The notes below the pieces were generated by a model. The model saw only the letters and a list, made by a program, of their open reading frames with translations. It did not search any database and had not been told where the DNA came from. Of a stretch of DNA of 64,000 nt, positions 48,406-58,159 are shown piece by piece. The translations under genes and the position numbers were made by a program. Numbering within the stretch: position 1 is the stretch's first letter; every line of letters begins with the position of its first letter. Source of the DNA: a virus; IMG/VR virus record IMGVR_UViG_3300006793_000021, positions 1 to 64,000 of that record; one strand, 5' to 3'.

Positions 48406-49550
48406 TGGCGTTTTTCTTAGGAGCAAATGAAGTAAAACCGGTACCACCGACTAGTACAGCAGATACAGGTGCAAAACTTATTTCAGACGGTAGCACAGGT
48501 GCAGGTTGGGGATATATGGGAGGCGGCTTCACACAGTTAGATAATAACCAGTGGAGATATAGATCTATATATACACACGGATACTTAGCAGGTGGTTATA
48601 AAGGTTCAACTCCGTGGCGCTCAGTAAATAAAATTTGGCACAATACAGATACTACTGTTTATTGTGGAGAACAACTTTCTAACTTTTGTGCATATACAAA
48701 TGGCTTTTGGAGCGATTATCATGCATATATTTGTTCAACTAACGGTTACAATAATGCACACGATCAAATTTGTTCATACAGTTTAACAAACGGATCAATT
48801 AGAATGTTTACATCAGATGGTTTTTCATCATCTGGAATTGGTTATGGTTACGTAGGTAATGATCCTAAAAACCAAGGACTAGGTTATGGTACAGCAGGTT
48901 TTGGTAACCACGTAGGTGGTATGAAAATGAATGTAAACAGAGTTGATGCACTTGCATGTGAAGATATCAAAGGCCAAAGTGGTTGGATATCAGGCGGTGG
49001 TGATACAAGTACTAACCGTATGCACTTCCCAACAGAAGTTATGTATACTGGTTGGGATTCAGGAATGTCCGGGCGTGGAGATGCAGTTAGTGGTGAAAAT
49101 CGCGGTTACTTTAATGGTAACGGTAACCAGTATAAGTACGTTACTTGGGCAACAACAACATGGACAAACGGTTGGGACCAGGGTGGCAACTATGGTAAGA
49201 CAAGTTACCAAACTAAGAACTTAGGTTCTAAATGGGGACATCTTTACGCATTTACAGGTAACAATGTTACATCAGGTATTGCAAGATTTAGTGACGCAAC
49301 CGGCGCCACATTAGCAAACTTCAGTAAGGTTAGATCTTATGGAGAAGAAAACTCCATGGAAGGTCAGGACTGGGGATACGTAATGGGTCATTACGATGGC
49401 CAACAAAACAATCATACAGTAAAACAATCATATAGCAGTGATAGTCAGACTACAATGGGAGCGGCGGCAATGCCTAAAGGGCATTACGGTCAAAGCTCAG
49501 GAGCATGTAGCACTGGAGCTGCCACAGTTATAGCGGGAGCAGGATTCTAA
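48405..49550 (+). CDS. Putative beta-propeller fibre-tip protein, paralog 3
   Basis: Start is likely the ATG at 48405 (MAFFLG; GGAGG SD; TAATG overlap). Confidence 0.65.
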   Translation: MAFFLGANEVKPVPPTSTADTGAKLISDGSTGAGWGYMGGGFTQLDNNQWRYRSIYTHGYLAGGYKGSTPWRSVNKIWHNTDTTVYCGEQLSNFCAYTNGFWSDYHAYICSTNGYNNAHDQICSYSLTNGSIRMFTSDGFSSSGIGYGYVGNDPKNQGLGYGTAGFGNHVGGMKMNVNRVDALACEDIKGQSGWISGGGDTSTNRMHFPTEVMYTGWDSGMSGRGDAVSGENRGYFNGNGNQYKYVTWATTTWTNGWDQGGNYGKTSYQTKNLGSKWGHLYAFTGNNVTSGIARFSDATGATLANFSKVRSYGEENSMEGQDWGYVMGHYDGQQNNHTVKQSYSSDSQTTMGAAAMPKGHYGQSSGACSTGAATVIAGAGF

Positions 49551-49551
49551 A

Positions 49552-50379
49552 ATGAAATATATAATTACAAAGACAGAAGCGATGAGACCATATTTTGGTA
49601 TGTCTGAAAACGATCCAAACATGTACTGCAAAGACATGTACACCTTATTTGATTTAAGTTGTGTAGAAATTGCAGAACCTTTATTTGATACAATATATCC
49701 AACTATACCAGCAGGTTACGAAGAAGTATCAGCAACTGAAGCTAAGTACGGAACGTTGTTTTTCTCAGAAGTAAGAGATACTGTTAAGATTTGGAATAAC
49801 GAATATGGATGGGCAGAAACTGCTGATATTCCAGAAGAGCAAAAAGTTCCTTTTACACTTACTCCCGAGATTAAGGAAATGATACGTACATTTATGTACC
49901 GCTTTGCAAAAGAAATTATTGAAACAGAATACAATTATAGATTCCGCCACTTGCATAATACTACTGAATTAGAAAAAGCAAGTTGGGAAATACAAAAGCA
50001 CGAAGCTCGTGAATGGTTAACTTACGCTGACGATCCTGCACACGTAACACCATTCCTTGATTATCTTGCTGTACAAAGATCAATGGATAAAACTACTCTT
50101 GCAAATAAAATTTTAGAAAAGTCTGAACAGTATCAAGATAACTTATCTACTATGCTAGTTGAATACCAATCACTAATTAAGCAGTTTAAAAACTCAGGAA
50201 GTATTTGGGATATAAACATATTATACGAAAAATACCTTGGTATTATGATGCCAGCGGCACAAGCTATGTCATTAGGACTTATGGATGTAGGCGGTGTACG
50301 TATATTTGAAGACCCAGATACTGGTGAAACAATGGTAGATCAAAACAATCCTAAATTTGGTAACAAGCTCAATTTCTAA
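49552..50379 (+). CDS. Tail fibre assembly chaperone-like protein
   Basis: E-x2-SW-x2-Q-x2-EA...TPFL-x2-LA-x2-R...LANKILEK pattern of fibre-associated proteins. Confidence 0.5.
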   Translation: MKYIITKTEAMRPYFGMSENDPNMYCKDMYTLFDLSCVEIAEPLFDTIYPTIPAGYEEVSATEAKYGTLFFSEVRDTVKIWNNEYGWAETADIPEEQKVPFTLTPEIKEMIRTFMYRFAKEIIETEYNYRFRHLHNTTELEKASWEIQKHEAREWLTYADDPAHVTPFLDYLAVQRSMDKTTLANKILEKSEQYQDNLSTMLVEYQSLIKQFKNSGSIWDINILYEKYLGIMMPAAQAMSLGLMDVGGVRIFEDPDTGETMVDQNNPKFGNKLNF

Positions 50380-50445
50380 CTGTTAGAAATAGCATCTAAG
50401 TAAATAAGTATAGTCAAAAGACTAACTATTTCTTAGGAGAAAAAA

Positions 50446-51318
50446 ATGAGTGAACAAGCAAATAATGCTGAGAAAAATAATGCCAATGCGCATATGGCAT
50501 TAGAAACTAGAGTAAATCCATACGACGGATTTGAAGAATTTTTTAAGTTATCAGAACAAGACAGTAAAATACTGGACGGTGCATTAAACTTAAATAGTGG
50601 ACAATCAGCGTATCAGTCAGAGCATTTTGTTGCTGACTCGCAACTTACCCCATATAGAAAATTAAAACAGTGTTTGTTAGAATTAGAAACAAGACACCAC
50701 TCTTGGCATAATATTAACAACAGTTTAAAACGTAAACTAGTTGAAGTTAAAATTGCAAAAAGAGACTATGATGCATGTCAAGATGAATTACAAAAAGAAC
50801 TAATTGCAGTTGACATTGAAGACATGGAACATGATGTTAAAGTATGGAACCGTAAAATTAGACAAGCGGCAGAAGAAGTACAAACATACTTAAACTTAAC
50901 AAAGAAGATTGCTGGTGATGATAATGAATTATTAGACAAAGCAATGTCATACGATCATGAAGAAGAAAGAAAATATTGGGTAACACGTATGGCTAAACAA
51001 GCGGCTATGGATATGGTATCCTACGGACGCATTGGTTCAGGTAATATGGATTCAATTGCTATGATGCCAGAAGAAGATCAAATCGAAGCATTGGCAACAA
51101 CTATACAGTACAATGAAAGATTACAAAATGGACTTGCACAAATTGCAGGTGCAGTTAATGAAGGCCTTTTAGAAAATAAAAATGCTATTCCAAACTATGA
51201 CGTACCAAGTGTAACAGATAAGTTAATGGCAACACAAATCTTAAGCGGCAAATCTAAAGACAAGGAATCAAATGTTCAGCATACCCCTGAATCCAAAACT
51301 GGACCAGAAACAGTTTGA
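50446..51318 (+). CDS. Coiled-coil hypothetical protein
   Basis: 290 aa, AGGAG SD, GTAAATA promoter variant near 50400. Confidence 0.6.
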   Translation: MSEQANNAEKNNANAHMALETRVNPYDGFEEFFKLSEQDSKILDGALNLNSGQSAYQSEHFVADSQLTPYRKLKQCLLELETRHHSWHNINNSLKRKLVEVKIAKRDYDACQDELQKELIAVDIEDMEHDVKVWNRKIRQAAEEVQTYLNLTKKIAGDDNELLDKAMSYDHEEERKYWVTRMAKQAAMDMVSYGRIGSGNMDSIAMMPEEDQIEALATTIQYNERLQNGLAQIAGAVNEGLLENKNAIPNYDVPSVTDKLMATQILSGKSKDKESNVQHTPESKTGPETV

Positions 51319-52330
51319 GGAATTCTATCAGTTTCTGATTGATTATAAAAGTTACATATACGATGTATACATAACTACTCGTATACCTCCTTTTGATCAG
51401 GATGCGATGGGAGATATTTTTGTAAATGACCCGAATGACTTGATTGAAAACTCACTCATTATTCAAGACAAGTTAGGCATTCCAGTGTCTGCTACATTTA
51501 ATAATACTCTTGTGCGACCTGATCAAAAGAACTTAGATTTATGGATTGAAAACTTTAAAAGTCTATATCATCATAAAGGCATTAGGTCTGCTACTATCCC
51601 ACATACACACTGGGTAATGACAGGGCAAATACAAAAAGAATTCCCTCAATTAATGATTAAAAATACTATATTACGTGAAGTAAACACTGCGGCTGATGTT
51701 GCAAAACAAGCAGAAGCAGGATTTCATTACATTAATATTGACAGAGATTTAGTACGTGATAGAGATACTTTAAAGAAAATAAAACAAGTTAAAGAAAAGT
51801 ATAATGTTAAAATAGCAATACTAGGCAATGAAGGTTGTGTAGGTAGTTGTCCTGTAATGCCAGAACATTTTGAATTTAATAATTCAAGAACATCAACAGG
51901 ACCACAATATTTTAATGATGCTATTAGTCGTATAAGTTGCCCTAAGTGGGATATTACAGAACCAGTAACAGCATTAAAAACAGCAAACATTCCGCCTTGG
52001 AGACAAGATTGGTATGAGATGTTATACTATGTTGATGTTATTAAGATGCACGGCAGAGAAAGTGTAGCACAGTTATTTTCTACAATGGATATTGTTAAGA
52101 AATATGCAAAAGGAGAAGAAATATTATTTTCTGATTTTGATGAATATATTTACGATAAAAATTTAGAAGGTAAGCCCATCCAAGCATGGAGAGAATTTAT
52201 TAAGAATTGTAAGTTTGATTGTTGGGATTGCAATAAATGCGATAACTTATATGAAGCAAAAAATGGTAAGCCTCAACTAACAATTAAAAATATAATAGTG
52301 GAGTCAATATGTGGCGCATACACGGACTAA
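51272..52330 (+). CDS. U32-family (TrhP/RlhA/UbiU-like) putative Fe-S protein
   Basis: TIM-barrel-like; INIDRDLVRD, NEGCVGSCP, ISC, VIKMHGRE, and C-terminal CKFDCWDCNKC. Confidence 0.65.
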   Translation: MFSIPLNPKLDQKQFEEFYQFLIDYKSYIYDVYITTRIPPFDQDAMGDIFVNDPNDLIENSLIIQDKLGIPVSATFNNTLVRPDQKNLDLWIENFKSLYHHKGIRSATIPHTHWVMTGQIQKEFPQLMIKNTILREVNTAADVAKQAEAGFHYINIDRDLVRDRDTLKKIKQVKEKYNVKIAILGNEGCVGSCPVMPEHFEFNNSRTSTGPQYFNDAISRISCPKWDITEPVTALKTANIPPWRQDWYEMLYYVDVIKMHGRESVAQLFSTMDIVKKYAKGEEILFSDFDEYIYDKNLEGKPIQAWREFIKNCKFDCWDCNKCDNLYEAKNGKPQLTIKNIIVESICGAYTD

Positions 52331-52899
52331 CAAGTCACAAAGTACAAATGCTACTAAATCAGTTATGTCGTTGCGGGCAATCTTATTTAGAAGTAGGTTG
52401 CTATTTAGGTGCAACAGCGGCAGCCGCACTAGACGGTAATAAACTAAAAGCATACTTTGTAGATCATTGGGAAGAGCAAGTACAGCCCTTAAGAGATGAT
52501 CTACCACCATTACCAGAAAATAGTAAAGAAGACTTTGTTAAAAATATCAAGTACTATAAAGGCGAAAACAAAATTAAAGTATTTGATTCAGATTTGTTTG
52601 ATGTAGATCTTGACCAAATTGATCCGATTGATATTTTCTTTTATGACGGTCCTCATGGTCCGCAAATGACATTTAATGCTGTAAAGTACTATGCAACAGT
52701 ACTAGCTGATCAAGCTATAGTAGTAATAGATGATGCTAATTTTGAAGGTAGTGTTAGTGGAGCAAAAGCCGCACTTAAAGAGCATGGTTTTAGCATATCA
52801 TTTGAACGTCTTATACTTGAGGAAGAGCCCGAAAACGCCGAAGGTTGGTGGAACGGAGTTTTGATATTAGGTGTCTCTCGTCCTTCACTTTCTAAATAA
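52309..52899 (+). CDS. Class I SAM-dependent methyltransferase (Methyltransf_24-like)
   Basis: YLEVGCYLGAT, VDHW, IDIFFYDGPH, VVIDD; has its own GGAG SD. Confidence 0.8.
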   Translation: MWRIHGLTSHKVQMLLNQLCRCGQSYLEVGCYLGATAAAALDGNKLKAYFVDHWEEQVQPLRDDLPPLPENSKEDFVKNIKYYKGENKIKVFDSDLFDVDLDQIDPIDIFFYDGPHGPQMTFNAVKYYATVLADQAIVVIDDANFEGSVSGAKAALKEHGFSISFERLILEEEPENAEGWWNGVLILGVSRPSLSK

Positions 52900-52925
52900 A
52901 TACAATATAAGTTTAGGAGATTACA

Positions 52926-54065
52926 GTGGCAGGATCAAGTTCAGCACCAATTGTTGATAGATTAAGAATCATACCAAGAGCAGACGACTTTCTTGATAGA
53001 AATGTTGGCTCTAGTGGAGAAGTATTCTTTTCAAGAGACACAAACACATTAAGAGTTTACAGTGGTAAAGACGTATCAGGCTTTGAAATGGCAAGAGCTG
53101 ATTTAAACAATGTAGACTTAACTTCATTTTTACGAACATCTACTTTAGCAACTACAAGCGTATCAGCACTAAGTGATGTAAATTATGTATCTACACCTAC
53201 AGTAGGACAAATACTATCTTGGGATGATACTTATCAAGCATTTATTCCAACAGACGCTGACTTGTCAGGTGGTAATTCATCTATTGACGTATCAGAAACT
53301 GCTCCAACAACACCGGCATCAGGTAACTTATGGTTAAACACTGCTACAGGTAAATTATACATTTATATCGATGATGGTACAAGTACACAGTGGATTGAAC
53401 CAGCAACAACTGGCGGTGGCGGCAGTAGTAATGCTACTACACTTGCAGGACAATCAGCAAGTTATTATTTAGACTATAATAACATTACTAACACACCAAC
53501 TATTCCAACTGATATTAATAGTTTAAGTAATGTAACAGCAACAGGTCCGTCAGATGGACAAATACTAAAATGGAGTACATCAAACAGTGCTTGGGAATTA
53601 GCAAGTGATCTTGTAGGTGGCGCAGGCGGCGTACAACTTTCAGACTTTAGTATTACTGCAAATGCAGTAGGAACAGCCGCACTATCATATGATAATACAA
53701 CAGGTGTGTTTACATATACACCACCAGATTTAAGTTCTTATCTAACAAGTTATTCAGAGACATCAGGATTAAATGATGTTGTTTCTAGAGGGTCAACTAC
53801 AGCACAAGCAGTAACTATTAATAATACATTAACAGTAGGAAATGTAGTTACAAACGGTTCGGGCACACCGGAAATAGTAAGTACAAGTACAATTACACTA
53901 GATGCTCCAGATGGAACTATAGTACAAAGCGGTCCATTTAGATTGCCAAGTTTTACTACAGCACAAAAGAATGCTCAGTCATCAGTTAATGGTGATATGG
54001 TATACGATAGTACACTTAACAAAGCACAAGTGTATGAAAACGGTGCGTGGGCTAACTTAGCATAA
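52926..54065 (+). CDS. Fibre-type virion protein
   Basis: LSDV...GQILxW repeats, GNLWLNT, LSYDNTTGVFTYTPP; promoter-like TAAATAAATA at ~52893. Confidence 0.65.
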   Translation: MAGSSSAPIVDRLRIIPRADDFLDRNVGSSGEVFFSRDTNTLRVYSGKDVSGFEMARADLNNVDLTSFLRTSTLATTSVSALSDVNYVSTPTVGQILSWDDTYQAFIPTDADLSGGNSSIDVSETAPTTPASGNLWLNTATGKLYIYIDDGTSTQWIEPATTGGGGSSNATTLAGQSASYYLDYNNITNTPTIPTDINSLSNVTATGPSDGQILKWSTSNSAWELASDLVGGAGGVQLSDFSITANAVGTAALSYDNTTGVFTYTPPDLSSYLTSYSETSGLNDVVSRGSTTAQAVTINNTLTVGNVVTNGSGTPEIVSTSTITLDAPDGTIVQSGPFRLPSFTTAQKNAQSSVNGDMVYDSTLNKAQVYENGAWANLA

Positions 54066-55894
54066 TGGAAAAAGAATACGCAGTCATAGTTAGACGTGAT
54101 CAAAATATTAGCGAAGTAGAAGCTGATATTATTGCTTCTACTGGAAGCGGTCCAATACCTAACAGAAGCGTGGAAGTTGCTAACCCTAGACTAGGGTCAA
54201 CTCGTATAACACATTTTATGCTTACTGATAAAGAAGCAGATAATTTATCAACAGATCCAAGAATACTAGCAGTAGAAATACCACCTGATCAAAGAGACGA
54301 TATTGAAATAGGTCTTAATTCTAGACAAGCAGGTAATTACTGGAGAGGAACATTTAACAATGCTAATGATCTTAATTGGGGACTTAGACGTTGTATAGAT
54401 GCAACAAATCAATACGGTACAAGTACAACAATTTCAGGAGACTACCTTTATACGTTAACGGGCGCAGGAGTTGATATTGTAATACAAGATAGTGGCATAC
54501 AACCAGGACACCCTGAATGGGAAGATGAAAACGGAGTTACTAGACTAGTACAACATGATTGGTACGGAGTAAGTGGAATAGCAGGAACACAAAATGCTAA
54601 CCATTACAGAGATAGAGATGGACACGGTACACATTGTGCAGGTATTGCCGCAGGTAAAACATATGGTTGGGCAAAACATGCAACTATATATTCACAAAAA
54701 TTAGCAGGACTAGAATTGATAGGTGCTACTGACGGCACTGGTATTCCAGTTGCAGATGCATTTGATAGTATTAGATTATGGCACAATAATAAAGTAAGTG
54801 GCAAACCAACTGTGGTAAACATGAGTTGGGGATATAGAAGTACTTCAAGTGTTGATCCTTCAAGTGGTACGTATAGAGGAACTCCATGGACATTTTCAAC
54901 ACAAACTGATGCACAATTATTTGCAGACTACGGTATAGTTACACCTAACGGAAATGGGGACAGAACATTCCCTGCACAAAATGCTTTTGCTGATGCAGAA
55001 GTTGAAGATATGATTGATGCTGGAATTCATGTTGTTATTGCCGCAGGTAATGATAGTTACAAAGCAGATGTTTCAACAGGTAATGATTGGAATAATTTTG
55101 TTTCTGTAAGTGGAGTATCAAGACTATATCATAGACCTAGTTCACCTTATTCTGACAGAGCATTTAATGTTGGCAACATTAGTTACGTTACTAATGGCGG
55201 CACTGATCAATCAGCAAATTCTAGTAAAAAAGGACCTGGTGTAAACATATGGGCACCTGGTACTGAAATAATGAGTTCATCAAGTAATGAAGCTGATTCT
55301 GGATATACAACTTATGATTATCCAGGTAATAGTAATTACAAAATCATGAAGATAAGCGGTACGTCAATGGCAGCACCTCAAATAGCAGGACTAGCGGCAT
55401 TACACTTACAAGCAAACTCATTACAAACCCCAGAACAATTAGTTACATTAATGACTAGTGTTAGTAAAAGTGTTGTTTATGAAACAGCAAATAATGATAC
55501 AGATTATGATAATACTAGAAGTATTTTAGGTTCACCAAATAGAATGATGTTTAGTAGATACGGCGTAGAACGTCCGTATAGAACAAATGGATCTATGACG
55601 TTTACTAATTCACTAGCAGTACTAAATGAAGACGGACCTCAATTAGAAACTAATGCTTGGTTAGATGACAATGGTACAAATGTATCAGTATCTAGTATTA
55701 TTTCAGGAGTTGCTTTACAAGTTAATGCTGTACTTGCAACCAATCCATCAACACCATTTAATATACAAGGACGTTTAAGCGGTGCTACAACAACTGTATC
55801 TGCTATAAGTGCTAATACAGGAACTATATTAGAAATAGACGTCAACAATTCATTTGGATTTCAAGTAGGAGAAGGGCTGAACATTATTGCATAA
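54065..55894 (+). CDS. Subtilisin-like serine protease (S8)
   Basis: Catalytic triad motifs IQDSG, HGTHCAG and SGTSMAAP; oxyanion AAGN. Confidence 0.92.
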   Translation: MEKEYAVIVRRDQNISEVEADIIASTGSGPIPNRSVEVANPRLGSTRITHFMLTDKEADNLSTDPRILAVEIPPDQRDDIEIGLNSRQAGNYWRGTFNNANDLNWGLRRCIDATNQYGTSTTISGDYLYTLTGAGVDIVIQDSGIQPGHPEWEDENGVTRLVQHDWYGVSGIAGTQNANHYRDRDGHGTHCAGIAAGKTYGWAKHATIYSQKLAGLELIGATDGTGIPVADAFDSIRLWHNNKVSGKPTVVNMSWGYRSTSSVDPSSGTYRGTPWTFSTQTDAQLFADYGIVTPNGNGDRTFPAQNAFADAEVEDMIDAGIHVVIAAGNDSYKADVSTGNDWNNFVSVSGVSRLYHRPSSPYSDRAFNVGNISYVTNGGTDQSANSSKKGPGVNIWAPGTEIMSSSSNEADSGYTTYDYPGNSNYKIMKISGTSMAAPQIAGLAALHLQANSLQTPEQLVTLMTSVSKSVVYETANNDTDYDNTRSILGSPNRMMFSRYGVERPYRTNGSMTFTNSLAVLNEDGPQLETNAWLDDNGTNVSVSSIISGVALQVNAVLATNPSTPFNIQGRLSGATTTVSAISANTGTILEIDVNNSFGFQVGEGLNIIA

Positions 55895-55919
55895 ATATTG
55901 TAACAGCAAGGATTAATAT

Positions 55920-57566
55920 ATGGCTTTAAATTTTCCAGACGCACCTAATGCAGACGATACTTATACCGAAGGTAGTGTAACCTGGGTATATGACGGCACT
56001 GTATGGAACATACAAGCAAGTTCTGCATCATCAGATCAAAACTTATTTGATACAATTAATGCAGATACAGGAACAGTAACAGCATCTAATACAACTGATG
56101 CATTAACAGTTGCTGGCGGTACAAATGTAACTACTGCTATTGTTGGAAAGACGCTTACTATTAATTCTAGCGCAGTAGGAGGATCGTCAGATGTTATTAA
56201 AACAGTTACTACTGATGACGGATCGTATACAGCAAGTGGAGAAGATACTTTAAAAATATTAGGTAGAACAAATATTTCTACAGAGCTTACTACAAATACA
56301 AATGAATTACATATTGATTTAGACTCACACAGTATTGACTTTTTAAGTGATGTTGATACAACAACTTCTGCGCCAGCAGTTGGGCAAGTGTTAAAGTGGG
56401 ATGGTGTACAATGGGCACCAGGCTTTGACTCTACAACAGGCGGCGGTGGTACTGATGCAGATACTTTTGATGGATTTGACAGTACCTACTTTTTAAACTA
56501 TAATAACTTAACCAATACACCAACTGTTGCTACACTATCAGACTTTAGTGTAGGCAATGAAAGAACACCAGACGGTAATGGTGCTATTGAATATGATAAT
56601 ACAACAGGTGTGTTTAGATATACACCACCAACACCGGGCGGTATTGGTGCATTAAGTGCAGAAGTAAATGATTTATCTGATGCAGTTACTTGGGCAGATG
56701 TACCAGATGCAAATATTACACAATCAAGTGTTACACAACACCAAGCCGCACTAAGCGTAACAGAATCACAAATTAGCGACTTAGGTAGTTATATTACAGA
56801 CTACACAGTAGTTGCTAATGACTTAAATGCTATTAGCGTGGGCGCACTTAGCGATGTTGATCTTACTGGAGTTAGTAACGGAGAAGTGTTAGCATGGAAC
56901 AATACTAACAGTAGATTTGAACCAGCATCTCCTGCAGGATCAGGCGGTATTGCACTAACAGATTTAAGTGTAACATCAAATACGCCAAGCGGCACAGGCA
57001 CACTTACGTATGACAATGCTACTGGAGCATTTAGTTACACACCACCTGTTACAGGTGCAACTGAAATTGACGATTTAAGTGATGTTAGTATTGCTTGGGT
57101 TGGTAACTTACCATTAGATAATAAAGGACAGTTATTAAGTTGGACTGGTAGTACATTTATTAACTATACAGGTACTACTATTGATAAGATTACAGAAAAC
57201 ACATTAGTAGAATTTCAAGTTGGTAATGTAGGTACACAGTCTTACAATTTCTTTCCACATTATTCAGGACAAAATCCAACAATATATGTAATGTCAGGCA
57301 CAACAGTTTCGTTTAAATTAGACGGAGCTCAAGGACATCCATTTGCTATTCAAGATCCTACAGGAACTACAATTACAGATGCTACACAAATTTTCCATGT
57401 ACAAACTAATGGTAATAAAACTACTGGCTCATTAGCACAAGGTAGATCAGAAGGTGTATTGTATTGGAGAATACCTGAAAGTTATTCAGGTGGTTATAGA
57501 TATCAGTGTACTGCTCACCCTGCTATGGTTGGATCAATTCAAATAAAAAGATTTAGTCAAATTTAA
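55920..57566 (+). CDS. Fibre protein with a C-terminal cupredoxin-like domain
   Basis: LSDV/GQVLKW repeats; GHPF...YQCTAHPAMVG. Confidence 0.7.
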   Translation: MALNFPDAPNADDTYTEGSVTWVYDGTVWNIQASSASSDQNLFDTINADTGTVTASNTTDALTVAGGTNVTTAIVGKTLTINSSAVGGSSDVIKTVTTDDGSYTASGEDTLKILGRTNISTELTTNTNELHIDLDSHSIDFLSDVDTTTSAPAVGQVLKWDGVQWAPGFDSTTGGGGTDADTFDGFDSTYFLNYNNLTNTPTVATLSDFSVGNERTPDGNGAIEYDNTTGVFRYTPPTPGGIGALSAEVNDLSDAVTWADVPDANITQSSVTQHQAALSVTESQISDLGSYITDYTVVANDLNAISVGALSDVDLTGVSNGEVLAWNNTNSRFEPASPAGSGGIALTDLSVTSNTPSGTGTLTYDNATGAFSYTPPVTGATEIDDLSDVSIAWVGNLPLDNKGQLLSWTGSTFINYTGTTIDKITENTLVEFQVGNVGTQSYNFFPHYSGQNPTIYVMSGTTVSFKLDGAQGHPFAIQDPTGTTITDATQIFHVQTNGNKTTGSLAQGRSEGVLYWRIPESYSGGYRYQCTAHPAMVGSIQIKRFSQI

Positions 57567-57807
57567 GTAGACTATTTAACTCACGTCTTAGATCAACAGT
57601 TTCTTTAATAAGCGAATTAATATTGCCTAGTTTAGCAAAGCCTCTACTAGACGAATGTACTGTATCTATACTTTCTATTTTATCTTTAAGGGTTGCAAGT
57701 AACTGTTCGCAATGTAGTTTTCCTTTTGGGTTAGTTACTTGTGTAATTGCTTGTTCCCAACGTAAAATATCATTTACGTAGTCGTTATGCTGTGCTAGTG
57801 TTCGCAA
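57553..57807 (-). CDS. Hypothetical protein
   Basis: 84-aa helical ORF ending the minus-strand operon. Confidence 0.55.
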   Translation of the reverse strand: MRTLAQHNDYVNDILRWEQAITQVTNPKGKLHCEQLLATLKDKIESIDTVHSSSRGFAKLGNINSLIKETVDLRRELNSLLKFD

Positions 57808-58159
57808 GTTCTTCTCCTGTTGGAGTTAAGTTATATGTGTCAGCATCATCGTCAATATCGCCGACTTCAGTAAAACTACCACTAGGACTTAAACATTCAA
57901 TACTTGCAGGCATAAGTGCTGGTACATTAAATACTTGTCCTTCTTTTAGATTTGATTCAAATAGTTGTCCTGTTGCAGTATCAATATAATTTAGTCTAAA
58001 ATTACCATCGTTAATAAACCAACTTTTATTTTTAACTTTATGAAAGTGCATACTAGTTTTATTAGGTTTGTTAAAGCCTACAATTTTACTATAATATGAA
58101 TCTGTTTTAGCCCATATTGCTTCGTAACCGTAGGACGTTTGTTTTACATTCTCTGTCAT
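57785..58159 (-). CDS. Cupin-fold protein (sugar isomerase-like, possibly degenerate)
   Basis: YGYEAIWA, TSMHFHKVK, LKEGQVFNVP, FTEV. Confidence 0.7.
   Translation of the reverse strand: MTENVKQTSYGYEAIWAKTDSYYSKIVGFNKPNKTSMHFHKVKNKSWFINDGNFRLNYIDTATGQLFESNLKEGQVFNVPALMPASIECLSPSGSFTEVGDIDDDADTYNLTPTGEELANTSTA

Noticed and set aside
46109-49550. Diversity-generating retroelement or invertible cassette
   Set aside because: No reverse transcriptase or invertase in the window; all copies are full co-directional ORFs and differences are not adenine-specific.
52290-52330. Frameshift fusion of U32 and methyltransferase
   Set aside because: No slippery heptamer, and the methyltransferase has its own GGAG SD and ATG.
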